The notes under the pieces are model-generated. The model was not told where the DNA came from. It did no database searches and was given only the letters and a program-made list of their open reading frames with translations. A DNA stretch of 24,000 nt from positions 8,990 through 32,989 of the forward strand of contig PAAV01000050.1 in the NCBI GenBank assembly GCA_002699485.1. The letters are read 5' to 3'. Positions 15,436 to 23,875 of this stretch are shown in pieces. The position numbers and the translations under genes were made by a program. The first letter of the stretch is position 1; each line of letters begins with the position of its first letter. This stretch comes from Chloroflexota bacterium. Lineage in GTDB: Bacteria > Chloroflexota > Dehalococcoidia > Lucifugimonadales > UBA2962.

Positions 15436-15455
15436 CTCAGCTTAACTTGTTTTTG
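15429..15455 (+). terminator. Weak intrinsic-terminator-like hairpin after the amidase gene
   Basis: AAGTTAA-CTCAGC-TTAACTT (7-bp stem, mostly A/T) followed by GTTTTTG. The arms contain the stop codons of both convergent genes (TAA 15433-15435; complement of 15442-15444). Confidence 0.35.
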
Positions 15456-15933
15456 CTTCAAAATTTGCGCAGGCCTCACAAACTGATTCGGGTATCAAAT
15501 TCCACTTCATCAAGTATCCAAAAACGAAGCAACCAGCACAAAACCCCACAATAGATTCCAGAAATGCAAACCCTGCTAGCACTGCGAGAACAATACGGTA
15601 TGGCAGAGACGAATCAACAACAAAGAAAAGAATCAATGCAGTTAGAGAAAAGATTAATCCCACAAATTGGGCAAACCTTTTTGGCGGGCCGGCAACGGGG
15701 CGATTTTTACCAATAATCGGCACTAATAAACGAATAGCTATCTGGCCCATAGGGCTTAAAGTAGGTCCAGTTGCCACACGAGCACAAAATCCATAAAGCA
15801 ATACGGCAATGATGATCCATTGATCCGTGAATATTGCAGATAATGTTAATGCCATTACCATTCCTGCTACACAGCGAGCTGCCCATTCATTCACTGGATT
15901 TGGAAAACTAAACACCTTCGTTAAATTAGACAA
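15442..15933 (-). CDS. DUF4395-like integral membrane protein
   Basis: 163 aa. N-terminal FPNPVNEWAARCVAG followed by about four hydrophobic helices and C-terminal Cys pairs (FCAGCF, CEAC). This resembles DUF4395 from memory. Confidence 0.6.
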   Translation of the reverse strand: MSNLTKVFSFPNPVNEWAARCVAGMVMALTLSAIFTDQWIIIAVLLYGFCARVATGPTLSPMGQIAIRLLVPIIGKNRPVAGPPKRFAQFVGLIFSLTALILFFVVDSSLPYRIVLAVLAGFAFLESIVGFCAGCFVFGYLMKWNLIPESVCEACANFEAKTS

Positions 15934-16060
15934 TTTTCAATCACGTTTTAATGAATTACTTTAAACTAATGAGTCGTTAGAAAATCCTACTATACAATAA
16001 GATAAATTCAAACTAGTCATCAATATGTCCAATATAAGTGATTAAGGTTAATAAATAGAA

Positions 16061-17857
16061 TTGAAAAAAGAACGTGATTATCAACTTGAACAAGGTGCCT
16101 CTCACCTTCCTTCAACCGGACGGCCGGTATTAAAAGGTTCCAACGGCATAATATCCACGGGTCATTACCTCACTTCAATGGCTGGCATGCGGATTTTATT
16201 AAACGGCGGCAACGCTTTTGACGCAATGGTCGCTGCAACATTCGCTGCAGCTGTTGTAGAGCCAATGGCTTCTTACTCAATTGGAGCGGAAAGTGTTTTT
16301 ATGCTTTTCGATTCTGACTCAAACCAATTGATATCTTACAGCGGACAAGGTGGAGCACCTGCTTTGGCTAACGCTGAATATTACCTCTCTCGCGGATTCA
16401 ATGCCATTCCAACTGGCCCTGGAAAATCAGCTCATATTTCACTGACTGTGCCTGGGGTGGTCGGCGCTTTGACATCAATTCTAGCTACATTTGGAACAAA
16501 AACAATCAGGGAAGTGATTGAACCTTCCATCTGTTATGCAAATGATGGAATACCCAATTACAAATACATGACTCAGGCATTAAAATCTCCTGGCATATTA
16601 ACCCAATTCAGGAATTACCCTCCTGGGGGTTCAAAAATCTTTTTTCCAAACGGATATGTCCCTAAGTCTGGCTCAATTCTTATTCAAAAAGCCTTGGGTG
16701 CGAGCCTGAATTCACTCATTTCGGATGATCAGGGAAAACCATTTGATCGTGTCAAAGCAATTCACGCGGCCAACAATAACTTCTATAACGGGGAGATATC
16801 TCAGCGGATTGATGCTAATGTTTCTAAACTTGGCGGAATACTCACATATAAAGATCTCAATGAATTCAAAGCAAAACCAGAAGATCCCTTAAGCACCACG
16901 TTTCATAAGTACCGCATACATGGACAAGGCACATGGTCACAAGCGGCAGTACTTTTACAATGCTTAAACATATTGGAGCACTTTGATTTGCAATCGCTAG
17001 GCCACAACACTCCTAATTACATTCACACGGTAGTAGAAGCAATGAAATTATCAATGGCTGATAGAGAAGCATATTATGGCGATCCAGACTTTTCTGATGT
17101 ACCTGTTGATGGCTTGCTTTCAAAGGAATATTCAGAGTTAAGAAGCAGATTGATTGATAAGGATATTCCTTCCATTGAAATGCCATCCCATGGCGATCCT
17201 TACATTTTTTCTACTCTTAACGGAGTAAAGCCAAAATTTATAAAACCCATACATAATCCAGGGTTTTTAGATAACCAATCTGGCACAACACATATAGCTG
17301 TACAAGATAAACAGGGCAACATTGCATGTTCAACTCCTTCAGGCGGTTCATTCGAAAAGTCAATTTTCTTTGATGACCTGGGATTTGCATTAAGTACTCG
17401 AATCGAAATGTTTAATCTTCAGGCCGGGCACCCTAATGTAATTAATCCCGGAAAGCGGCCTAGAACCACTTTGGTTAATTACATTGTTTCGACTCAAGGG
17501 CAACCCTTTGCTACCTTTGGATGCCCTGGAGGAGATCATCAAGTTCAAGGAAATATACAACTAATGCTTAATATGCTGGTTTTTGGAATGAACCCACAAG
17601 AAGCTGTGGAGGCGCCTAGATTCGCAACTGACAGTGTTCCTAATTCTTTCTTTCCTCATGTGTATCACCCAGGACAATTATCTGTGGAGGATGGCATCGA
17701 TTCAGACGTAATTTACGAACTCAAAGTAAAGGGCCATAAAGTTGTTAAATCCACTGTATGTGGCCTTGGTGCAACAGTTACAACCAGAAACCTCGATACT
17801 GGCGTAATGAACGCTGGAGCAGATCCAAGAAGAGCATGCTATGCATTAGCTTGGTAG
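16061..17857 (+). CDS. Gamma-glutamyltransferase family protein (Ntn hydrolase), no signal peptide
   Basis: 598 aa. N-terminal region GIISTGHYLTSMAGMRILLNGGNAFDAMVA, autoprocessing/nucleophile motif QSGTTHIAV, and C-terminal GADPRR. TTG is the only possible in-frame start upstream of the conserved N-terminal region. The N-terminus is hydrophilic, with no leader. Confidence 0.87.
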   Translation: MKKERDYQLEQGASHLPSTGRPVLKGSNGIISTGHYLTSMAGMRILLNGGNAFDAMVAATFAAAVVEPMASYSIGAESVFMLFDSDSNQLISYSGQGGAPALANAEYYLSRGFNAIPTGPGKSAHISLTVPGVVGALTSILATFGTKTIREVIEPSICYANDGIPNYKYMTQALKSPGILTQFRNYPPGGSKIFFPNGYVPKSGSILIQKALGASLNSLISDDQGKPFDRVKAIHAANNNFYNGEISQRIDANVSKLGGILTYKDLNEFKAKPEDPLSTTFHKYRIHGQGTWSQAAVLLQCLNILEHFDLQSLGHNTPNYIHTVVEAMKLSMADREAYYGDPDFSDVPVDGLLSKEYSELRSRLIDKDIPSIEMPSHGDPYIFSTLNGVKPKFIKPIHNPGFLDNQSGTTHIAVQDKQGNIACSTPSGGSFEKSIFFDDLGFALSTRIEMFNLQAGHPNVINPGKRPRTTLVNYIVSTQGQPFATFGCPGGDHQVQGNIQLMLNMLVFGMNPQEAVEAPRFATDSVPNSFFPHVYHPGQLSVEDGIDSDVIYELKVKGHKVVKSTVCGLGATVTTRNLDTGVMNAGADPRRACYALAW

Positions 17858-18009
17858 TGGTTTATTTTAGTTATTATTTTATTTAATTGGTTTATTTTGT
17901 TTTTACTAAACATAGGACTAAAACTGGTTTCCATAATTAATCATTACATCTATGATGCAATAACTTAAGAATCAGGCGAGTGACACAGTTCCAGCAAATT
18001 TCCTAAAAG

Positions 18010-19011
18010 ATGCGAAAAATTCAGGTCAGCTTTTACACAGTAACATTCATATCATTATTAACATTGTTTGCTTCAATTGGCTGCAATGGAGATCAAGTTG
18101 ATCTAATAATATTCACCTCTGATCGCAATGGCAATTTAGATCTTTATTCTATCGACCCCATAACAAAAGAGGAGTCTAATTTAACTTCATCATCGATAGA
18201 TGAGTTTGAGCCATTGATTTCCCCAGATAATTCAACTGTTGCATTTCTATCTGAAGAAAATGGCAAGACAAACGTTGAGACTCTAAAAATAATTGGTGAA
18301 AGTAAAGATAGGATTAGGGTTACTCAAGAACCAGGAAATAACTGGAGCCATCAATGGGATCCCTCCGGAAACAGAATAGCTTTTCTGGCGGAGCATAGCG
18401 GCTCAAAAACAATATACACGACAAATCTACTAGAAAATCGCCCAGTGAGATTGACCACCGTTAAGGCAGATGAAGTTGGGCAATGGTCTCCAAACGGGGA
18501 ATATCTTCTATTTACCGTTCATACTGGTGATCGCAAAGGTATTTATAAACGCAATCCGGACGGAGTGAATGAAGAACGTTTAACTACCGAAAGTGATTCA
18601 ACTCCAATCTGGTCTCCAGATTCCAAAAGAATTGCTTTTATTTCTGTGAGAGATGGCAATAAAGAAATCTATGTAATGAATTCTGATGGACTGGAAGCGC
18701 GTCGATTAACCAATAATGACGCAGACGAAACAGATATAGCATGGTCTCCGAATGGCAACAGGATTGTATTTGTCTCCGAGATTGATGGAAACTCCGAAAT
18801 ATATTCAATAAGACCAGATGGCTCAGATAAAAGAAGACTAACTATAAATTCTATCCGCGATGAAAGCCCAGTTTGGTCAGCAAACTCAGAAAAAATAGCT
18901 TTCGTGTCATACCTGGATGATGATTCAGAAATTGTGATCATGAATGCTGATGGCTCAAATCAACGCAGGCTAACTAATAATGACTTCAATGACATCAGTC
19001 CAGAATGGTGA
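18010..19011 (+). CDS. PD40/TolB-like beta-propeller repeat lipoprotein
   Basis: 333 aa. Hydrophobic leader ending in the lipobox-like FASIGC. It is followed by about 7 repeats of the WSPDG/N..IAF.S..DGN.EIY pattern typical of WD40-like PD40 repeats. Confidence 0.8.
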   Translation: MRKIQVSFYTVTFISLLTLFASIGCNGDQVDLIIFTSDRNGNLDLYSIDPITKEESNLTSSSIDEFEPLISPDNSTVAFLSEENGKTNVETLKIIGESKDRIRVTQEPGNNWSHQWDPSGNRIAFLAEHSGSKTIYTTNLLENRPVRLTTVKADEVGQWSPNGEYLLFTVHTGDRKGIYKRNPDGVNEERLTTESDSTPIWSPDSKRIAFISVRDGNKEIYVMNSDGLEARRLTNNDADETDIAWSPNGNRIVFVSEIDGNSEIYSIRPDGSDKRRLTINSIRDESPVWSANSEKIAFVSYLDDDSEIVIMNADGSNQRRLTNNDFNDISPEW

Positions 19012-19116
19012 GAAAGTATTAAAACAATATCACCTCTAATATAATCAATATCTTTACAGGTTACTGGATTCCAGAATAAAGCGATCGGAATTACAACCCT
19101 TCAACCTTTATGATCA

Positions 19117-20292
19117 ATGGGTTTAAATATGTCTTCAGATAAGATCAGAAAAAATTTTAATAAGCCATTATCAGCCAAGCGTATTGTGGTGAAAATCGGC
19201 AGCGCTTTACTTACACACAAAACTGAGGCCATTAATAAGGCTATAGTTGAACGTCTAGTAACTGAAATTGCAATGCTTTCAAGAAATGGTATTGAGGTTA
19301 TATTGGTTTCCTCTGGCGCAATTGCATCAGGCAGAATTGCACTGAATATTGCGGATAAGATCCATGATATCTCTACGAAACAAGTATTAGCTGCAGTCGG
19401 ACAAGGACTGTTGCTGCAAATGTATGAACAAACATTTAACAAGCACGGCATAAGAATAGCGCAAGCTTTGCTAACAAGGCATGACATGCAAGAGCGTTTG
19501 GGTTACCTCAATGTAAGGAATACATTACTAAAACTTATTGAGCTAAATGTTATCCCTGTTGTCAACGAAAACGATGTGGTCAACATTGAACAACTTTCTG
19601 AAACCATAATTGGTGACAATGATACTCTTTCCGCTTTAGTTGCAAACCTTGTTGATGCGGATATATTAATCATATTAGGCAAGCTTGACGGCCTATATAG
19701 TAGCGACCCTCATATAGATAAAAATGCCAGCTTTATCTCTAATGTAGATAACATTGATAAAGCCGTACTTGCTATGGGGGGAGATTCATATTCGGAAGAT
19801 GGTATAGCGGTAGGTTACGGAGGTATGGCAGCAAAACTGCAGGCTGCCAAAATGGTTACATCAGCTGGTGCTACCACAATCATGGCTAGTGGACTGCAAG
19901 AAGATGTTTTAACTAAACTAATGGCTGGTGAAGATATAGGTACATGGTTTTATCCAACGGGCGACCGGATAGAAAGTAGAAAACGATGGATGCTAAGTGG
20001 AATCGCACAAAAAGGCAATGTAATAATTGACAGCGGTGCTGCAGGAGCACTGCGTCTTAAAACAAATAGCCTTTTACCAGCCGGTATTTTAACGGTGAAT
20101 GGATCATTTTATAGAGGAGATGTGGTAACCATTTCTGATGAAAGCGAAGTTGCAATTGCTGCGGGAATTAGTAATTACAGTTCAGAAGAAATAAATCAGG
20201 TTAAGGGCAACCATTCCGAAAAAATCAGAACCACGCTAGGATACGATTATGGTGATGAGATAGTACATCGCAGCAATATGGTTAAGTTATAG
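19117..20292 (+). CDS. proB: Glutamate 5-kinase (with C-terminal PUA domain)
   Basis: Motifs RIVVKIGSALLT, VSSGAIA, NENDVV, GDNDTLSA and GGMAAKLQAA, plus a PUA-like C-terminus (GDVVTI). An alternative start is ATG 19129 (MSSDK). proA follows. Confidence 0.92.
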   Translation: MGLNMSSDKIRKNFNKPLSAKRIVVKIGSALLTHKTEAINKAIVERLVTEIAMLSRNGIEVILVSSGAIASGRIALNIADKIHDISTKQVLAAVGQGLLLQMYEQTFNKHGIRIAQALLTRHDMQERLGYLNVRNTLLKLIELNVIPVVNENDVVNIEQLSETIIGDNDTLSALVANLVDADILIILGKLDGLYSSDPHIDKNASFISNVDNIDKAVLAMGGDSYSEDGIAVGYGGMAAKLQAAKMVTSAGATTIMASGLQEDVLTKLMAGEDIGTWFYPTGDRIESRKRWMLSGIAQKGNVIIDSGAAGALRLKTNSLLPAGILTVNGSFYRGDVVTISDESEVAIAAGISNYSSEEINQVKGNHSEKIRTTLGYDYGDEIVHRSNMVKL

Positions 20293-20304
20293 CAAAGAAA
20301 AATA

Positions 20305-21576
20305 ATGATCGAAACCAATCTAATACAAATTAGCGAAGCATCCAAAACTGCTTCTAGAAAACTTGCTACCGTAGATACCAGGATAATTGATGTATTACTC
20401 AAAAACGTTGCGGATAGTATTCTTGATAGATCGACGGAGATTATGGAAGCAAATCAGGCAGACATTAAAGCTGCGCATGATTTGAATTTAGATGATCACA
20501 TGATCGACCGACTTCTTTTAGATAAAGATCGAATACAAAAAATATCTGAAGGTGTTATAAGCATATCCAGATTACCGAGTCCAATCGGGGTCGAATATGA
20601 ATCCAAAGTTCTAAAAAATGGAATTGAATTATCTCAAATAAGTGTTCCATTAGGTGTTATTGGAGTTATATACGAAAGCAGGCCAAATGTTACTGTCGAT
20701 ATTTCTGCATTATGCCTAAAATCTAACAACGCCGTGATATTGCGTGGTGGAAAGGAATCAATAAATTCAAACATATGCCTAACTAACATAATTAGAGACT
20801 GTTTATTGAAAGCTGAATTGCCTGCACAATCTGTGCAATTAATAATCGATACAGATCGTAAAGTGATCGATAGTCTGTTGAAAATGGATAAGTATATAGA
20901 CTTTCTGATTCCAAGAGGGGGGGCTAATTTAGTAAATAAAGTGGCCGCAGAATCACGAATACCAACTGTTGTGGGAGGTATAGGTGTTTGCCACACATTT
21001 GTTGACAAAAGCGCTGATCTTGAAATGGCACACGACATAATCTTAAACGCAAAAACTCAACGTCCTTCTGTCTGCAACGCATTAGATACAGTGTTAATAC
21101 ACTCTTACATTGCACCTAAGTTTTTACCTGTTCTATTGCAAGGTTTTTCTGATAAAAAAGTAGAAATGCGATGTGACACGAGAAGTTTAAGTATTATTGG
21201 CAAAACAAATAACGAATTAATTAAAAAAGCTTCTACAGATGACTTTAGAACAGAGTTTTTGTCTCTAACGGCAGCTATCAAAGTTGTCGACTCGGTAGGA
21301 GATGCGATTGAACACATAAACAATCATGGATTTGGACATTCGGAAGCTATAATAACAGAGGACCAGTCATCTGCTGGCAAATTCGTTAACGAAATCGATG
21401 CGAGTGCAGTTTTCGTTAATGCTAGTACACGATTTAATGATGGTGGCGAATTTGGGTTGGGGGCTGAGGTGGCCATTAGTACTGGTAAGACACACGCACG
21501 TGGACCAATGGGATTGAAGTCACTGACTTCTTATAAATGGATTGCTTTGGGATCGGGGCAAATCAGGGCAGATTGA
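20305..21576 (+). CDS. proA: Glutamate-5-semialdehyde dehydrogenase (gamma-glutamyl phosphate reductase)
   Basis: 423 aa with YESRPNVTVD, ILRGGKE, IPRGG, CNALDTVL (catalytic Cys), HSEAIIT and NASTRFNDGGEFG. It starts 12 nt after proB. Confidence 0.93.
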   Translation: MIETNLIQISEASKTASRKLATVDTRIIDVLLKNVADSILDRSTEIMEANQADIKAAHDLNLDDHMIDRLLLDKDRIQKISEGVISISRLPSPIGVEYESKVLKNGIELSQISVPLGVIGVIYESRPNVTVDISALCLKSNNAVILRGGKESINSNICLTNIIRDCLLKAELPAQSVQLIIDTDRKVIDSLLKMDKYIDFLIPRGGANLVNKVAAESRIPTVVGGIGVCHTFVDKSADLEMAHDIILNAKTQRPSVCNALDTVLIHSYIAPKFLPVLLQGFSDKKVEMRCDTRSLSIIGKTNNELIKKASTDDFRTEFLSLTAAIKVVDSVGDAIEHINNHGFGHSEAIITEDQSSAGKFVNEIDASAVFVNASTRFNDGGEFGLGAEVAISTGKTHARGPMGLKSLTSYKWIALGSGQIRAD

Positions 21577-21606
21577 TACATTTGATTACCAAACCTGGAG
21601 ATTTAA

Positions 21607-21924
21607 ATGGCTGGTTTTGAATTTGAAAGAGAGTGTAGAACACCTTCGTCAGAATGTTACGCAATAGTCGAAGAAGATGTTGCGCTTGGTCGTGTCGACC
21701 TGCATTTTACCCAAGGAATCGTACATGGAACTATAAACGTATCTGAGAGTCTCACTATAGAAGCAATACGTGAGTTAATTGAATCCATTGATCAACAAAT
21801 AATTGATGCTGCAGGTATCACTAGAGATGAAGTAATTATGCATGTCCACCAAGGTAGGGACTTAGGCGTATTTTCAGGGCTTAAGTACGAAGATCCAATT
21901 GATACAGACCCTCACATGGCCTAA
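21607..21924 (+). CDS. Hypothetical small acidic protein (105 aa)
   Basis: ATG preceded by a GGAG SD 7 nt upstream, 30 nt after the proA stop and on the same strand. I recognise no family. Confidence 0.5.
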   Translation: MAGFEFERECRTPSSECYAIVEEDVALGRVDLHFTQGIVHGTINVSESLTIEAIRELIESIDQQIIDAAGITRDEVIMHVHQGRDLGVFSGLKYEDPIDTDPHMA

Positions 21925-21942
21925 GCCGACAATTCAAAATCA

Positions 21943-22818
21943 TTAGCGAAGAAGTTTATTCGCAAATCCATTTAACTGCGTTAAAGCCTCGTCCTCCGAA
22001 GCTGTCTTAAGTTCTAAAATCACCCTATCGGCACCGTTTGTTGCTAAATCCTCTATCAACTTTGGATCCGCTGGTTGGTGGAAAGCAGAAATTTCAAATT
22101 CTCCTGGATCAACGCCAGCCTGATTAGCTAATTCTGTTAATGTTGCTCGGCCACTACTTATTTCCTCAACTGTCGATGTTGTCGGCATCCATCCATTGCC
22201 ATATTCAATGATCCTTTTAAATACGTTACGGGCATTGCCTCCCAACATAACTGGAGGATGTGGGCGTTGAACCGGCCTAGGAAACGAATATACAGCCGGA
22301 AAATCATAAAACTCGCCATGAAACTCACTTTCCACCTGTGTCCACAATTCTTTCATAGCTAAAATGGATTCTCGTGTCTGGCTCCAGCGCCTTTCAAAAT
22401 TCCCTCCCATTATTTCGGTTTCTTCTTTACACCAACCAGCCCCTATACCAAAAATAAATCGTCCATTTGAAATAAGGTCGAGTGTTGCAACTTCTTTGCC
22501 CAACAATAGTGGGTTTCTTTCTGGGACTAAACATATGCCTGTAGCTAATTTTAATTTTGTAGTCACGCCGCTAGCTTTACCTAAAGTGACGAATGGATCT
22601 ACCGTGTCATAATACTGCTTTGGTAATTCTTCAGCCCCTTCACTGCCAGGCTTTAAGTATGACTGCATTGTCCTGAATTTCGGTATGACAGGATGTTCAG
22701 GTAACCATAAGGATTCAAAACCCAGATTTTCAGCCTCCACGGCTAATTTCGCAATGTCTATAGAGTAGTCAGTTAGGAAGCAATATATGCCTATTTTCAA
22801 ATCTTTTTCCTTAGCCAA
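21943..22818 (-). CDS. Luciferase-like (LLM class) flavin/F420-dependent oxidoreductase
   Basis: 291 aa. N-terminal AENLGFESLWLPEHP, central GRFIFGIGAGW and the overall length are typical of LLM-class TIM-barrel oxidoreductases. The cofactor cannot be assigned from sequence by eye. Confidence 0.8.
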   Translation of the reverse strand: MAKEKDLKIGIYCFLTDYSIDIAKLAVEAENLGFESLWLPEHPVIPKFRTMQSYLKPGSEGAEELPKQYYDTVDPFVTLGKASGVTTKLKLATGICLVPERNPLLLGKEVATLDLISNGRFIFGIGAGWCKEETEIMGGNFERRWSQTRESILAMKELWTQVESEFHGEFYDFPAVYSFPRPVQRPHPPVMLGGNARNVFKRIIEYGNGWMPTTSTVEEISSGRATLTELANQAGVDPGEFEISAFHQPADPKLIEDLATNGADRVILELKTASEDEALTQLNGFANKLLR

Positions 22819-22924
22819 TTTTATTTAGTAAATCTTAAACCCAGTAAGAATTTTTATATTATATTTATGCTAAGCTGGTGGCAAGAACGAAAGATCAGGC
22901 CAAACGATCATAAAAGACCCAAGG

Positions 22925-23707
22925 ATGGCTAAACGTCAAATAATTATGAGATTAATTAGTTGGAATATAAATGGTATCAGGGCAGCGTTTAGAAAAGGAT
23001 CTCTGGACAGCATCGCATATCTCAACCCTGACATCATATGCGTCCAAGAGCTCAAAGCTCAAGAGCACCAGATGGGCGATGGTTTTGATGCACCCAAGGG
23101 GTACAAAGCTCATTGGTCTTTTGCTGAACGAAAAGGTTACAGTGGAGTGGCAACATTCACAAAAGGTAAGCCATTATCTTTTCAGAATGGCTTTGGGCAC
23201 GATAAATTTGATACTGAAGGCAGGACAATTATCACTGAATTTAAGGATTTCAGTTTGTATAATATTTATTTCCCTAATGGCCAATCCAATTCTGATAGAT
23301 TGAACTATAAATTAGCTTTTTATGACGCTTTCCTGGATCACTGCACGCAAGAATTGGAAAAGGGTAAAAAGTTAATTGTTTGTGGTGATTTTAATACAGC
23401 CCACAAAGAACTTGATTTGGCAAGGCCAAAAGAAAACCAGAAAAACTCTGGTTTCCTCGGTATCGAAAGAGAATGGATTGACTCTTTCATTAAAAACGGA
23501 TTCGTGGATGTTTTTCGTAGTTTTAATGAAGAACCGAATATGTACACCTATTGGGATCAAAAATCTCGGGCCAGAGATAGAAATGTTGGATGGCGCATAG
23601 ACTACTTTTTTGTTCATGAGTCGGCTATGCACTTAGTAAAGAGTGCAGAGATATTGAACAAGATTCAGGGTTCAGATCATTGTCCTATTTTGTTGGATTT
23701 AGTTTAA
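22925..23707 (+). CDS. xth: Exodeoxyribonuclease III (AP endonuclease, EEP family)
   Basis: Motifs SWNINGIRA, ICVQELK, YSGVA, IVCGDFNTAH, WRIDYFF and GSDHCP. The family-typical start is MRLISWNINGIRA (ATG 22946). The longer start at 22925 has AAGG directly abutting the ATG. Confidence 0.9.
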   Translation: MAKRQIIMRLISWNINGIRAAFRKGSLDSIAYLNPDIICVQELKAQEHQMGDGFDAPKGYKAHWSFAERKGYSGVATFTKGKPLSFQNGFGHDKFDTEGRTIITEFKDFSLYNIYFPNGQSNSDRLNYKLAFYDAFLDHCTQELEKGKKLIVCGDFNTAHKELDLARPKENQKNSGFLGIEREWIDSFIKNGFVDVFRSFNEEPNMYTYWDQKSRARDRNVGWRIDYFFVHESAMHLVKSAEILNKIQGSDHCPILLDLV

Positions 23708-23721
23708 ACTGATTGTAAATT

Positions 23722-23749
23722 GGCATAAGAACAATAATGCCTGTATTTT
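23722..23749 (+). terminator. Possible weak terminator after xth
   Basis: GGCAT-N10-ATGCC followed by TGTATTTT. The stem is short (5 bp), so support is low. Confidence 0.25.
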
Positions 23750-23875
23750 GTCTCAGCCAATTAAGGTAAAATATAAACTAATGAAATTTAGAGACTCAGC
23801 TAACCTGTAAACAGCTGAGCTCATTAACGTTATATCACCTCGATTCGGATGTGTAACAAGTTGGAGGATCCCGTA

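Noticed and set aside
17858-17898. 11-nt direct repeat TGGTTTATTTT at 17858-17868 and 17888-17898, downstream of the GGT gene.
   Set aside because: It is short and made of low-complexity A/T-rich sequence in an intergenic region, so it is plausibly chance. No array-like periodicity continues beyond two copies, so it is not a CRISPR or an iteron set.
140-23632. Numerous 60-134-aa ORFs antisense to, or out of frame with, the long genes. Examples: 10393-10797 (+), 20634-21038 (-), 19101-19487 (-), 4895-5263 (+), 12810-13145 (+), 9078-9389 (+), 22971-23303 (+).
   Set aside because: Each lies entirely or almost entirely inside a much longer ORF with clear family motifs on the other strand or frame. 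Their translations are low-complexity (Ser/Leu/Ile-rich) with no recognisable motifs. They are typical shadow ORFs.
23708-23875. Checked the xth-rplY spacer and the other large gaps (15934-16060, 17858-18009, 19012-19116, 22819-22924) for tRNA or other small RNA genes.
   Set aside because: There is no GTTCRANYC-type T-loop with a matching acceptor or cloverleaf arrangement, and no GC-rich structured segments.
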